The notes: generated by a model from the sequence alone, not told the origin. 64,000 bases of DNA from Acidobacteriota bacterium (GCA_018268995.1 JAFDVL010000046.1:117715-181714), one strand, 5' to 3'. Counted from the stretch's first letter, positions 27,858 to 39,100 are shown. Program-made: numbers and translations.

Positions 27858-30020
27858 TTACGGAGCGAGTTCATTGATCATCACAACGTCACGATGAACC
27901 GCGCCACGTGCGCAGGCCAATGTCCGTCCATCGCGTGACCAGGCATAAGAAAAGATCCGGTCTGTTTTAAAATCTGTGATTTTTTCAGGTGCCCCGCCTG
28001 AAATCGGCTTACGCCAGATATTCATTGTCCCATCGTCTCGAATCAGGAAGGTGATTGATTGACCATCAGGGTGCCAACGCAAGCTGCTGTCGCTGATTGC
28101 TGGCACATCAAGCACGTACTTAGGCGGACCGCCTTCTGCTGGCAAAACCGCTACTTGTTGTGGCATTCCTGGGGTTGCCTGATAAAAACATGCAATCCAT
28201 TTTCCGTCTGGAGATACGGTTGGATATTCTGTTACTTTGTCGGTTAGCGGCTGCGGTTCTCCGCCTTCCACTTTCACTCGGCTCACAATCCGTTTCCCTC
28301 TGACATCCTGCGAAAAGTAGATGAATTTTTCTACCGGGGAGCTAAACGATTGCAAATCCATCTTGCCGTGTGTGAGTTCAACGGGGTCTTTCCCGTCCAG
28401 TCCGATGCGCCAAATTCTTGGGACTCCATTGCGTCCGGCATTGAATACTACATATTGTCCATCTGCGGTGATGCTGGGGGCTTCGACATTATCTTGTGGG
28501 TCGGTCGTCAATGGTCTGGCGTGGGAACCATCTGCTCGCATAATCCACAAATCTTTGTGCCCGCTTGCCAGTGACGTGTAAATCAACTGTCCATCAAAAG
28601 TCCAGGCGATGCCATTTCCCCCAAGCTGGCTGGCGGGGTCTGAGGTAATGATTTGCGCCCTTCTACTATCGGACTCCGGCAGAATCCATATATCCGACCT
28701 CGTCTCTGAGCGAATTGTGAGTAATGCCGTTCCAGATTTATCCATGCTGATGCCGCGATAAGTATGTAAATCAGTTACAACTCGATTTAATTCCCCCTGC
28801 GGATAATCAATGATCCACAACTGATCGTTCTGCGTGACATTTTTTTCACTGCGTCCGATGAGTGCAATCCCGCTCATGTCGGGCAGCCAGGCTACTTTGC
28901 TCGCCCAGATCAATTTGTGATCAGGAATGGCGGTGACTTCGTGTGTCGCCACATTGATCGTTACTATTTGGAAACGAAATACAGGTGAAGGATGCGCAAC
29001 TGCGACCGCAATGAGCCTGCCATCCGGGGACCAGGATGGTCCTTCAATTGTGAAGTAGTCGGGCTTTTTTTGTGAAGCTATTGGTTGTTCTTCGCCGCCG
29101 TCTGCGCTGGCCAGTATCAACCAGCTTTCGCCCGTTTCCTTCAGGTCGCGCACGAATGCTATGCGCTTACCATCGGGGGAAAAAGTGACTGCGCTATCAA
29201 CGCCCGACATCAATCGTTTTGCTTCCCCACCTTGAATTGGCTTACGGAAGAGAGCGTGCTTGGACGTGCTCTTTTCCATTTGAGAATAGTAGAGGGATTT
29301 CCCATCAGGGGAGAACGTCAACCCCCGAAATCTTCCTGTCTCATGCGCCAGCAGCTCGATTTCCGCGCCCGTATCCATTTGTTTCAGGCGAAGACTCTGA
29401 TTGCGTACGTCACCGATAATGTATGCAACCTGTTTACCATCAGGAGAAATCGCCGTTTCCCAGGCACCGTACGTGCTGGATAGGCGGTTTAGTTTGAAAG
29501 TTGTAGACCGCGCAATCGAAGAACTCGCGCCTCTCTTTGCATTCACAAAATAAAAAATACCTGTGAGCGTGACTAATAAAACCAGCGATACGGATATACG
29601 TGGCCAGACGTTAGGTTTGGGAATTATTCTTTGCGGCAAATCGCTCGCTATCACGGCCGGGGCCGCGATGGTAGGCTTGGGGTCTTCAACCATTACTTCC
29701 TTCACTTCTGCGATGAAGCGATAGCCACGGCGCGGCAAGGTTTCGATAAATTGTCCTGAATGTGAGGTTTCTCCGAGGGCTTTACGAATGGTGCTGATGT
29801 TCTGGTTTAAATTGTTTTCTTCCACTATTGCGTCAGGCCATACCATTTTCATCAAATCATTCTTTTCTACGATGTGGCCATGTCGTTCAACCAGGATCAA
29901 TAATGTGTCAAAAGCCTTGGGGGTGAGCGGAATTCGCTCTCCATTGCGCAGGAGAAATCGCTCCTTTGCATTAAGCTGAAAAGATGAGAATTCATAAAAC
30001 TTGTTGGAAACATTAGGCAT
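27858..30020 (-). CDS. CadC/ToxR-like membrane one-component regulator: N-terminal OmpR-type wHTH, one transmembrane segment, periplasmic TolB-like (PD40) beta-propeller
   Basis: The N-terminus LTPKAFDTLLILVERHGHIVEKNDLMKMVWPDAIVEENNLNQNISTIRKAL...LPRRGYRFIAEV is a trans_reg_C domain. A hydrophobic transmembrane segment (VSLVLLVTLTGIFYFV) follows. After it come repeated PD40-like units (SPDGK.IAF..., SPDGR..., SPDGKW...). Confidence 0.8.
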   Translation of the reverse strand: MPNVSNKFYEFSSFQLNAKERFLLRNGERIPLTPKAFDTLLILVERHGHIVEKNDLMKMVWPDAIVEENNLNQNISTIRKALGETSHSGQFIETLPRRGYRFIAEVKEVMVEDPKPTIAAPAVIASDLPQRIIPKPNVWPRISVSLVLLVTLTGIFYFVNAKRGASSSIARSTTFKLNRLSSTYGAWETAISPDGKQVAYIIGDVRNQSLRLKQMDTGAEIELLAHETGRFRGLTFSPDGKSLYYSQMEKSTSKHALFRKPIQGGEAKRLMSGVDSAVTFSPDGKRIAFVRDLKETGESWLILASADGGEEQPIASQKKPDYFTIEGPSWSPDGRLIAVAVAHPSPVFRFQIVTINVATHEVTAIPDHKLIWASKVAWLPDMSGIALIGRSEKNVTQNDQLWIIDYPQGELNRVVTDLHTYRGISMDKSGTALLTIRSETRSDIWILPESDSRRAQIITSDPASQLGGNGIAWTFDGQLIYTSLASGHKDLWIMRADGSHARPLTTDPQDNVEAPSITADGQYVVFNAGRNGVPRIWRIGLDGKDPVELTHGKMDLQSFSSPVEKFIYFSQDVRGKRIVSRVKVEGGEPQPLTDKVTEYPTVSPDGKWIACFYQATPGMPQQVAVLPAEGGPPKYVLDVPAISDSSLRWHPDGQSITFLIRDDGTMNIWRKPISGGAPEKITDFKTDRIFSYAWSRDGRTLACARGAVHRDVVMINELAP

Positions 30021-30494
30021 AGCCGCTTTTCAGGGTTCTTTCATAACTGTTTCACTATTTTTCATGCAAGATTTCAGGCTTAGTTAAGGACTTTTTTGGT
30101 GGAGACACATATGATCCTGACAGTTCGCAAAAGTAAGCACACACGCAAAAGCTATTCGGTCATTGGGGAAGTTTCAGGGGGGAATTGTAGTTGATTTTTT
30201 CGGATGAGCAATATCTAAACAGGGAATGACCGCATTTCTTATTTGAAATTTTAAGGACTGCCAATGTTGTTTAACTTGGTAGTATGCCCGGAAATAAGCT
30301 ACTGATTTCCGTCCTCAGCAAATTCTGGGAGCGTGTCACTTTATTAATCACCGTCAAGACTTGGGGGAGACTTGAATTGATAAGTGAGGTTGGCACGCTC
30401 TTCGGAAGCCTTCATTACGATAACCCAAACACATAAAATTCTAACTTGGAATGGATCAATAAGAATTCCAATTCAGGGATTCAAGCGCTTAGAC

Positions 30495-33400
30495 TTATCG
30501 AATTTTTACGGTGAAGCCTACGGTGCCAGTATTATTTGGAGATAAATAAGATAGGGTGCCCGCCGTAACCCGCCAGCGAATTGCCCGGACATTGCGATCA
30601 TATCCTGAATCGGCGCTGCCTCCGCCGCTGGTTGGCGTGTAGTTCCAGGTGGCTGAGCCGGGCGAGGCCGAAGTGTAATCGTTAGAATACTCAACCGTGA
30701 TCGTCAGTCCGGTCGTAGCGGGGTCAGTTGTCACAGAACTAAGTTTAAAATCTGTATTATTGGGAATTGGATCAGCGATTACTAGGGACTGCGCATTGCT
30801 GCCGCCGCTATTGGTAAATGCAATCGTATAATTAAGATCCGTTCCAGGTGGTTGTGAAGCCGTCAGGCAATTCGCTGGAACCGGGCAATTTTTGACGAGC
30901 GCTATGCTGGGGGGCAAAGCAAAGGCGACTTGAACACTGGCGGCGGAAGATTCTTTGGTCGCATTGTCAATAACAATAAAGGATATGGTTACTGTTACAG
31001 CTCCATCTGTGGGATCAATGCTAATAATGTCGGCAGGTAGTGCTCCACTCACCGCCGCAATGGTTACCCCTCCAACAGGAAAAGTACCAGAAGTGTAATT
31101 CGTGCCATTGATTGTGATGCTGGTTGCGTTGGAAGGAAACGCGGTGAACTTAAACGATGCAATCGTTCCATCAGGATCGCTGCCAGTGAAATGTGTTGAT
31201 GGAACTGTCACTAATGTTGTGCCGCCAGGGTTACTTTGACTGGCCGGATTGGTTGCAGTCGCCGTAGGCAATTGCTCAATGCCAAAATCTCTTCCTGTAA
31301 TATTGCTGGTCGAAATGTTGAAAGCTGAGGTTGCGAGAGGCGAAGTGTTCGTCCAGCCTGTTGGTACACCCGCTGTGGGAGCTGCCGAACCAATCGTTCC
31401 TGCGCTGGTTGCAAGTTGGATTGTAACGTTAGATTGGTTTCCTGCCACATTGCTAAAGGAATAAGTTCCATCGTTGTTAACGGGGGTCGTTGCTACCACA
31501 TTTCCACCAGAACTGACTAAAATTGCGTGCAATGCGCTGCCTGCATTGGTTCCCGTTTCAGCACCTGTGTTGATATTGGTGAAGGTATTATTCGCACTGT
31601 TATCCGCATCATCCCAGACTTTACCGGAAACAGTTACAACGGACGTCACGCTGACGGTTGTTGGATCAGTCCCTGCGCCCTGTGTTTGCGCAATGCTGCT
31701 GGATGGCACTGTGACGCCAGACGGTAAGCTGCCCGTCGTGCTATCCACGTTGTCCGTGTTTACGCCACTAACTGAAATTGTTGATCCCGTCGCATTTGCC
31801 TGATTACTTAAAGTGCCGGAGAAGCCGGATGTCACCGTCGTCGGAATCGCAACAGTGATAACCCCACTATTGCCGAGCGTCGCGCCAGCAGCGAGCAGAT
31901 TGCTCACTGCTCCTGACGCCGCTCCCGTGTACGAATTATTTTTGCTCGCACTTGTGCCCGCTCCTGAAACAGTGACCGTTTGCGCGCCAGTTGATGTGAT
32001 TGTGACGCCTGCGGGAAGGGGATCATTAATTTGAAAACTGGAGGCCGCGTTTGACGTTGTATTTTTATAGGAAAGTGTCCAGGTCAACGTATCGCCGGGC
32101 GTCACCGAACCGGTGCCGTCGGCATCAGTCGTGAGTTTGACGGATTTGTAGCCATTGACGACTGCATTGACAGTGGTGGTCGTCGTATTGGTTGGAACAC
32201 CTCCGCTTGGTTCATCCAGATAATTAATGACGCCACTATTATTAACCACGCTCGGCGGACTCGAAGAGTTGACCGTGACTTGATAGGTGATTGTCGCACG
32301 ATTGGCGTAGCCGACTTTAATCGCACCTGACGAAGCATTGCGGCCACTGATTGAGTACGCTGATCCAAAAGGGTAGGACGCGGCCCCTAGACTGGTTCCA
32401 TTGAGCGTTGCACTGTTGGCCACATAGGTTGTTCCGCTGGGAAGGCTATCTGTAAACGTCATGACGACAGCCGGCGCATTTCCCGTATTTTCGATTTCAA
32501 TCGTGTAGGTGAGTGTCGCACCGGGATTCACATTGCCTGTGGGGCTCACCGATTTCGTCGCAACTAAATTGGGATTAATGTTCGGTGAGTTCCCGCTGGC
32601 AAAGTCCGTGACCACGTTGCCGGAAAGCGCAGACCCCACTTGGACAGCGGACGCATCATTCAGGTCAACCCGGTAAATGGTTGTTGTGGTGCCGCTGATA
32701 GAGGAAACTAATAAGTTGCCTGAGGAATCAAACGCGACACTGACGACTGTGTTGGATGCAGTGCTGAGTGGAGTTCCACTGACGCTGATTTGTCCAATTG
32801 GATAGGCTTTGATCGGGCTGGAGTTGAAGTCCATCCGATACAGGGAATTACCGAAAATTCCCCAACAGTGGCTGTTGCCATCAAACGCAATGTCTCCGCT
32901 GGCGGTGGAACCGGAAGGCGATGTCCCTTGAAAGCTGACAGCTCCCCGCGATGTGATGGTTGAGGGAGCCGTGTTGGTGAACGAAAAAATATTGTTGTTC
33001 CCATCAATTGAATAACCCGTCGAACCATTAAAGGCCATGCGTAACGTGACGTTGCTGCTGGTTGTGCCCGGAAAGGTTCCGATAGAGCCGGATTCAGTTG
33101 TCCCGTCATAGCGGCGCAATTGATTGGGCGAGGTTGTGCGGTCTGCGTAATACAAGGTTTGTGTCGCGGCATCAAATCCCATCCCGGAACTGCCGCCCAC
33201 CGCTGAGGTGTAAATCGTGGAAGAAAGCACACCCGTTGTCGGATTAATCGTTCGGATATTTTTATTATTGGCGGTTGCCGTTCCTTCGATGACATAGATC
33301 GCTGTCGAGCTTAAAGTCGCCGCTATTGCCTGATGCTTTAAGCTCAGTGTGACGAATAGTGGATGAAGCGCGAGCAGCGCACATAAAACGCGACTAAAAA

Positions 33401-33500
33401 AGCGGCGTAAATACGAATCGGCAGGCCGTTGAAGCTGAGGTCGCGGCCTCTTCCCCTTAGTTTGTTTGTGCGGGGGCTTCCCGCCGTAAAAACGAATCAT
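30495..33500 (-). CDS. Large secreted DUF11 (conserved repeat domain, TIGR01451-like) repeat protein; S/T/G/N-rich surface protein
   Basis: 1001 aa with DUF11 signatures (GATLTYTIEIENTGNAPA...). Its C-terminal ~110 aa is near-identical to that of the upstream paralogue (NYTIAFTNSGGSNAQSLVIADPIPNNTDFKL...RAIRWRVTAG...GTVGFTVKIR). It overlaps the upstream gene by 4 bp. Confidence 0.7.
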   Translation of the reverse strand: MIRFYGGKPPHKQTKGKRPRPQLQRPADSYLRRFFSRVLCALLALHPLFVTLSLKHQAIAATLSSTAIYVIEGTATANNKNIRTINPTTGVLSSTIYTSAVGGSSGMGFDAATQTLYYADRTTSPNQLRRYDGTTESGSIGTFPGTTSSNVTLRMAFNGSTGYSIDGNNNIFSFTNTAPSTITSRGAVSFQGTSPSGSTASGDIAFDGNSHCWGIFGNSLYRMDFNSSPIKAYPIGQISVSGTPLSTASNTVVSVAFDSSGNLLVSSISGTTTTIYRVDLNDASAVQVGSALSGNVVTDFASGNSPNINPNLVATKSVSPTGNVNPGATLTYTIEIENTGNAPAVVMTFTDSLPSGTTYVANSATLNGTSLGAASYPFGSAYSISGRNASSGAIKVGYANRATITYQVTVNSSSPPSVVNNSGVINYLDEPSGGVPTNTTTTTVNAVVNGYKSVKLTTDADGTGSVTPGDTLTWTLSYKNTTSNAASSFQINDPLPAGVTITSTGAQTVTVSGAGTSASKNNSYTGAASGAVSNLLAAGATLGNSGVITVAIPTTVTSGFSGTLSNQANATGSTISVSGVNTDNVDSTTGSLPSGVTVPSSSIAQTQGAGTDPTTVSVTSVVTVSGKVWDDADNSANNTFTNINTGAETGTNAGSALHAILVSSGGNVVATTPVNNDGTYSFSNVAGNQSNVTIQLATSAGTIGSAAPTAGVPTGWTNTSPLATSAFNISTSNITGRDFGIEQLPTATATNPASQSNPGGTTLVTVPSTHFTGSDPDGTIASFKFTAFPSNATSITINGTNYTSGTFPVGGVTIAAVSGALPADIISIDPTDGAVTVTISFIVIDNATKESSAASVQVAFALPPSIALVKNCPVPANCLTASQPPGTDLNYTIAFTNSGGSNAQSLVIADPIPNNTDFKLSSVTTDPATTGLTITVEYSNDYTSASPGSATWNYTPTSGGGSADSGYDRNVRAIRWRVTAGTLSYLSPNNTGTVGFTVKIR

Positions 33501-36025
33501 CGAATTTGTACCGTGAATCCGACATTGCCTGTGTGATCAGGAACTGTCGGACTTAAATTGCCCGCTGTGACACGCCAACGAATTGCGCGCACGGTGCGAT
33601 CATAGCCAGCAGCAGCAGTGCCGCCGCCGCTGATCGGCGTATAGCTCCACGTTGCAGCGCCAGGTGCCGCAGAGTTGTAATCACTCGAATATTCCACCGT
33701 TATCGTTAAGCCTGTTGAGCCAAGAGAGGTGAAAACCGATCCCACCTTAAAATCGGTATTGGCTGGAATCGGATCAGTAAGACTCAGCCTTTGTGCGGCT
33801 AATCCGCCTGAGTTCGTGAAGACAATTGTGTATGTTAGGTCTGTACCTGGCGCTTGTTCTCCGATGGGCGAAACATTTTTTGTCAAGCTCACATTTGGCG
33901 TAGATACCAAAACTGGCGCGGCGGCAGTGATGTTAGAAGCTAAACTGGTGGAGCCATTGTTATAGTCCACCTTGGCATCATTGGTGTATGGCGTCGTAGA
34001 GACTGGCACCCCGCTGCCTGCGGTCGCCTGAAACTGAATCGTGAAGGTTGCCCCAGCCGCTAAAGTTGGCGGCGAAGGGATTGTGGCGAAATCCCATTTG
34101 ACCTCTTGCCGATTATCTGACGTGTAAGGCAACTGCGTTGGGGGCGCAGTGACAGTGGGTGTCACGCTGGTAATATTGGTGAACACACTAGAGCCAGTAA
34201 CAAAGTTAAAGCGTGTGTTGGCATTAAGTGCGCCGCCTGCTGTGGGCAGAAAATCATAAACGACCAGACTACTAGCCGCAGCGTTCCCGGTGTTTGTCAC
34301 AGTGATTGTGTAAGTTACCGTGCCACCAACGGCAATGGCTGATGGAGTAACGCTCTTGGTGATTTGCAGGTTTGCTGTTGAAGAAACCACAGAGGCCGCA
34401 TTAGACGTTACTCCGGTTGGCACTTGCGAACTGGTCAAAAGAGCCTGATTGATGACCGTATCGCCGTTCCCTGCATTGGTCTGTACATCGAATTCAACTG
34501 CACCGCCACTGCCCGCGCCAAGGCTGGCAATCATCTGAAAGGTAAACGTTCCGCCTGCTGTTGGGCTGGCAGGCGAAATGGGCAAGATGTTTGCCCCACT
34601 AATGACGCTGAGGTTACTCACCGAGCCGGCAGCCGTCTGCGAGGGCAGAGTGTCAGTCAACAGCACATTCGTTTGCGTTGTGACCCCGCTGTTCAGATAG
34701 GTGATGCGGTAACGTATCTTGGCATTGGCCGGAATATTCGCGCCGTTGGAGGCCACGCCGTTCACTTGCACGATTTGTTTGAGGACGTAGAGATTAGAGT
34801 TGTTGTTGGCTACGCTCGGTACGTGATAACGCCAACTGTTATCGTTCCCCGCTTTGCCCGCTGCTTCGGCGGAATCGCCTCCATAGACCTCTGAATTCAG
34901 CACCAGTCCATTCACGGGCGGATTAACCGTCAGGCGCAGACGCAGCTTAACGTATTTGGTTTGCCCCACGACCAATTGTCCGACCGCCCAACGGACGGCA
35001 TTCGTATTGGAAGGAAGCGGACTTGCCTCCGACAGACTCCAACCGAAACTTGTATAACTTCCTGCGATGTAGGTTGAACTGTCAGTTGGGCCGCCCGCAC
35101 TTTCAGGGTATGAACGCGTTGTCGAAACCGCCGGGCCGTTGGGCGTCCCAATCCGGGACCCAAAGTAGGAAATGCGCCGCCAAGGGCCGATATTTCCGGT
35201 ATTGTCTAACGTGTAACCGGAATCCGGGCCAGCCACGGCAGAGCCTGCATTGAAGGGAGTTGCGCCTGTGCCCGACGAAAGAGAGGCCGCCGCAGATTTT
35301 GGATTGGCCGTCGAAGAAATAGCTGCGGATGTGGAGCCGAAGGCATTAGCCTGATCCGCATCCCACAGGTTATGCGTTGTGGCACCGGCTTGCCCAATGA
35401 TGGGATTAAGCTGGGATTCGCCAGTAGGACTGATGTTGTAGCCGTTCGTCCCTTGTCGTGCTTTGCCATCAGCATCGGGCGATGTATAAACCGCTGTCCG
35501 CGCATCTGTCGAATAGAATATCCCGGTATCCGCGTAAATCTCTGCCAAACTGCCATTACATCGTCCCAGCGGCTGGCCTGCTGTGGCACAACGCGCATCA
35601 TAGTTTCCACTGAAAGGCCCGGTAAAGGTTCGCTGCCCACGTGGTCCCCAACCATTGCTGATCGGGCCAGGTAAATCAGGGGCAGTGGACGAATAGCCAC
35701 CGCTGCCATTGGGTTGCACGATTTCAGCTCCGACTACCTCTGTGCCAGCCGGGATATAGGCCGTGACATAACCGCCTGCGCCGATAGTGGCGTTATTCGC
35801 AACCGGAGAAAATTGAATGATATATCCCACCACATCACCTGCGCGCAGTCCCGGCGACCCACCGCTCGCGCGTGTTTGCAGCAGTTGCACAGTTTCCGGT
35901 GCAAAAAATACGGTGGTTTGTACTTGCGCCACGTTGTGCGCCGAGACCCAGAAAACGACTCCAAATGAAAGGCCGATTAGCAGGGTACTTACCACCACTA
36001 ATCGAAGTCGCCATCGTTTGTGCAT
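33497..36025 (-). CDS. Large secreted DUF11 repeat protein, paralogue of 30495-33500
   Basis: Start taken at the ATG at 36025 (MHKRWRLRLVVVSTLLIGLSFGVVFWVSA, a signal peptide or anchor). DUF11 cores are present (TVTYTITVTNTGNAAASSLVVYDFLP). It shares the conserved C-terminal domain (YTIVFTNSGGLAAQRLSLTDPIPANTDFKV...RAIRWRVTAGNL...GNVGFTVQIR). Confidence 0.7.
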   Translation of the reverse strand: MHKRWRLRLVVVSTLLIGLSFGVVFWVSAHNVAQVQTTVFFAPETVQLLQTRASGGSPGLRAGDVVGYIIQFSPVANNATIGAGGYVTAYIPAGTEVVGAEIVQPNGSGGYSSTAPDLPGPISNGWGPRGQRTFTGPFSGNYDARCATAGQPLGRCNGSLAEIYADTGIFYSTDARTAVYTSPDADGKARQGTNGYNISPTGESQLNPIIGQAGATTHNLWDADQANAFGSTSAAISSTANPKSAAASLSSGTGATPFNAGSAVAGPDSGYTLDNTGNIGPWRRISYFGSRIGTPNGPAVSTTRSYPESAGGPTDSSTYIAGSYTSFGWSLSEASPLPSNTNAVRWAVGQLVVGQTKYVKLRLRLTVNPPVNGLVLNSEVYGGDSAEAAGKAGNDNSWRYHVPSVANNNSNLYVLKQIVQVNGVASNGANIPANAKIRYRITYLNSGVTTQTNVLLTDTLPSQTAAGSVSNLSVISGANILPISPASPTAGGTFTFQMIASLGAGSGGAVEFDVQTNAGNGDTVINQALLTSSQVPTGVTSNAASVVSSTANLQITKSVTPSAIAVGGTVTYTITVTNTGNAAASSLVVYDFLPTAGGALNANTRFNFVTGSSVFTNITSVTPTVTAPPTQLPYTSDNRQEVKWDFATIPSPPTLAAGATFTIQFQATAGSGVPVSTTPYTNDAKVDYNNGSTSLASNITAAAPVLVSTPNVSLTKNVSPIGEQAPGTDLTYTIVFTNSGGLAAQRLSLTDPIPANTDFKVGSVFTSLGSTGLTITVEYSSDYNSAAPGAATWSYTPISGGGTAAAGYDRTVRAIRWRVTAGNLSPTVPDHTGNVGFTVQIR

Positions 36026-36142
36026 AACACGAGGTTTACCGTTTTTGCCTGGATGCTTGACGTTAATTGAAGATGGTAAAAAGTCTCTTCTGGCTCGTTG
36101 CATACACCTAAAAATGGAGGCTCATCTTGGTTCAACTCAAAT

Positions 36143-39100
36143 CTACTCTTGCTGATTATTTGACGTCGTTTTTGCTGGTGAGGCCTTGATTTCATTTGGC
36201 AAATTCGACTCGTGGCCTACTAAACCATCGGGTGCTGTGCCGAATAAATTGAACATATTCGAGAGCTTTGACGACACCACGAAGTAAAAGCCTTTGCGCG
36301 TATTTACGTTACTGTTGAGGTTGCTAAAGCCTCCGAAGTATCCCGGACTTTCCTTCATCTGCGTGAAGTTATAGCCACCCGCCAGACGCAAATCTGACAA
36401 TGCCCAGAAGCCAAGTTCTGTTCCTATCGAAGTGCGACGTGATCCTGTACCTGAAAGCCACAACGCGCGAATTTCGCCTGCCAGATCAAAGTATTGCGCG
36501 AACCGCCATTCGGCGCGTCCCTGCATCAATGAGGTTATTGTGCCGACGACAGGCAATCCATCGCGTCCCGTGCGGTTGAATTTCAGGGCGTAACGTCCGT
36601 ACAGTTCCACTCGGCGCAGCGGTTGATACAGTCCATCAATTGCCAGCACGGTGTCGCGATCCAGCAAAGGCTGAAAACCCTGCCGCGCGCCCTGCTCAAT
36701 CGAACGGAAGTTGTAGCTCAGCAACAACGCGGTTTTATCAGATTCCAATGGACGCCAGGCGAGTGCCAATTGCCCGTTCATCATCACGTTGCTGGCCTGA
36801 TTTTGAAACGCTGTGCGCGAATATTGCACCCGCCCCAGCGACGTCCAGCTCTCGCTTAATTTGCCTGCGGCTCCGACCGTGAAGATGTTGCCGAAACCGT
36901 ATAAATCTCGCAGTTCGTAACGCGCTGCCGAACGGAAACTATCCGTCGGGTTATAGTTGAATCCGAACATCGCGTTATTGAAGCTTTTGCCATTGCCGCG
37001 CAGGTGCAATCCGCGTTCATAGCCCGCGTCCAGCGAAAGCACTTTGTTGATCGGGAAGCGATTCAGCAAACCAATCACCGCAAAACTGTCTGTGCCATTG
37101 ATGCCGTTGTTGATCTGATACCGCCCGCTCATCGTCGTGTATTTATTGAGCGGCGATTCGACGCCGACAGCGGTTTCACGACGTGAAGCGGTTTCAGCAA
37201 ACCCAAACGAACTGACATCGCTGATGGCTGTGATTGCTTGAGAAGCAAGGCGTTGCGTGAAGAAAATCTTGGCCAGCGAATTGACCTGATAGCTGGCCGC
37301 GACCGTCGTTTGATCTGGATAAGTCGGGTCAGAGTCACCCAGATTTTGTTCGCGTTTGACAGCAACGCTGATTTTGTCATTCGGACGATATTCCGCGCCC
37401 GCCGTAATCAAATTTGATGTGACCTCGCGGCCAGCAAATTGTGAAGCCGTGGCGGTTGGCGGCGTAGTTGCCGTGCCTGTTGCATCCGCGTTGGCGTTGG
37501 CATTATTGGCCAGCGCGCTGCCCGCTTCGTCCTTGAAGGTGCGATAATCGTAGCCAAGGCTGAACCGTAATTTATCACCGTAAGATTGAATCCACCCGAT
37601 GGAACCTGTGCGGCGGCTGTTGTTGAAATTGGCCGTCCGGTTGCGTTCATCGGTGAAGCCAACGCGCATTTGCGCCGATCCGATGGGTTTCAAATCGAGC
37701 GCGACTGAACCGCGTTGCGAACCTGGCGTAATTGTGGTGCCAAAGGGATTGAAGAAGCTGCGATCTGACCGGGCAAAGCTGGCTTGTAACTGTGCTTCTC
37801 TGAAACTGAGCGGTTGGCGATATTCGGCGCGATAGGCGTGTCCGTTGTGCTCACCGTTGCTGCTGTTCAGGCTGCCGGCCAAACCGTCGAAACCAAAATA
37901 GCTACCACTGGAAGCGACGCGCCCATTGCTCATGCCCCATTCGAGTTGCAATGAACCGCTCTTGCCAATTTTCTTTTCCACGTCAACGCCGCCCAGATAG
38001 AACGATCCGAACGTTTCCTGTCGCTGGTCAATGAACGACGTGCCAATGCGCAATCCTGCGCTGTTGAAGTTCTTCGATCCGCGCCCTGTGTACACCGCAG
38101 AATTCATGCCGACTGCGCGGTATTCGTATGTCGCGACGATTTGCACCAGATTCAGCGCGTAATCAAACGTCGAAATCGGGCGCATGAAGTAAATCGAACC
38201 CAGGTACGGATCAAGGTTGTAATCCACCGAACGCACCAGAACCTCGCGCTGCAAAATGATGTCGGGGTTACGCCGATCACGAACTTCGCGGACGATGGTT
38301 TCGGTGCCCTGCAAAATGTCCGTGTGCGAAAGTCGAATTAACCCCAATGTGCTGCCGGGGAACACATCGCGTGAAAACGATGTGTCAGGACGCGCACCGG
38401 AAAGCGTGAGGGAACTGCCGCCTGCGGTTTCCAAATGGACTTTGACGCCCGTCAGGCGGCGGTTGTAGCCCGTCAATTGCGGGCCTTGATCGGCGAACAC
38501 AGGGATCGAATTGAAGTTATTCAGAATCGAATTGCCGATGCCTGCGCTGGCCAGATTTTCAGCCAGATTCGTCACTGCCGTCGGCGTGTAGCTGTTGTTG
38601 ATGTATTCCTGCTGGCTCGCATCGAAATCGCCGAACATCGCATATGAACGACCACGATCAATGCGCGCATAGAGCTTGGAATTGGATTGCGCATCTTCAA
38701 ATCGCGTCGAGGAATCACCGAAGATGGGATAGACGCGATCCAACGGATCAAGGAAAAATGTGCGGTCACGTCCTGCTGTGCGCGTCAACGGACGAAAGCT
38801 GTTGTAGGCCAGTGTCAATTGCGAAGTCATCGGCAACGGCCCACGGAAATAGAATTCTGTGTGATGCCGATAATTCTTGTCGCTGCCACTTGCTGCAATA
38901 TCCGGCGCAGCTTTGCCGAAAGATGCTTCGGCTAATCCAACCAGAATTTGCGGGCGCTGTTCGGGCGTGATGCGAATCAGCCCCTTGGCCTGCAAATCGC
39001 CACTGAATGCGCGGATTTCGGCATTGCCGGGTTGGCCTTCGCCGATCAATTCAATCGTTGCTTCTCCGTTATCGAGCGAGAGAATTTGCTGGCGATAAGC

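Noticed and set aside
33729-35253. Multiple 70-170 aa ORFs on both strands inside the DUF11 genes
   Set aside because: They are internal or antisense to the long S/T/G-rich DUF11 ORFs. Repetitive GC-rich coding sequence generates many spurious frames.
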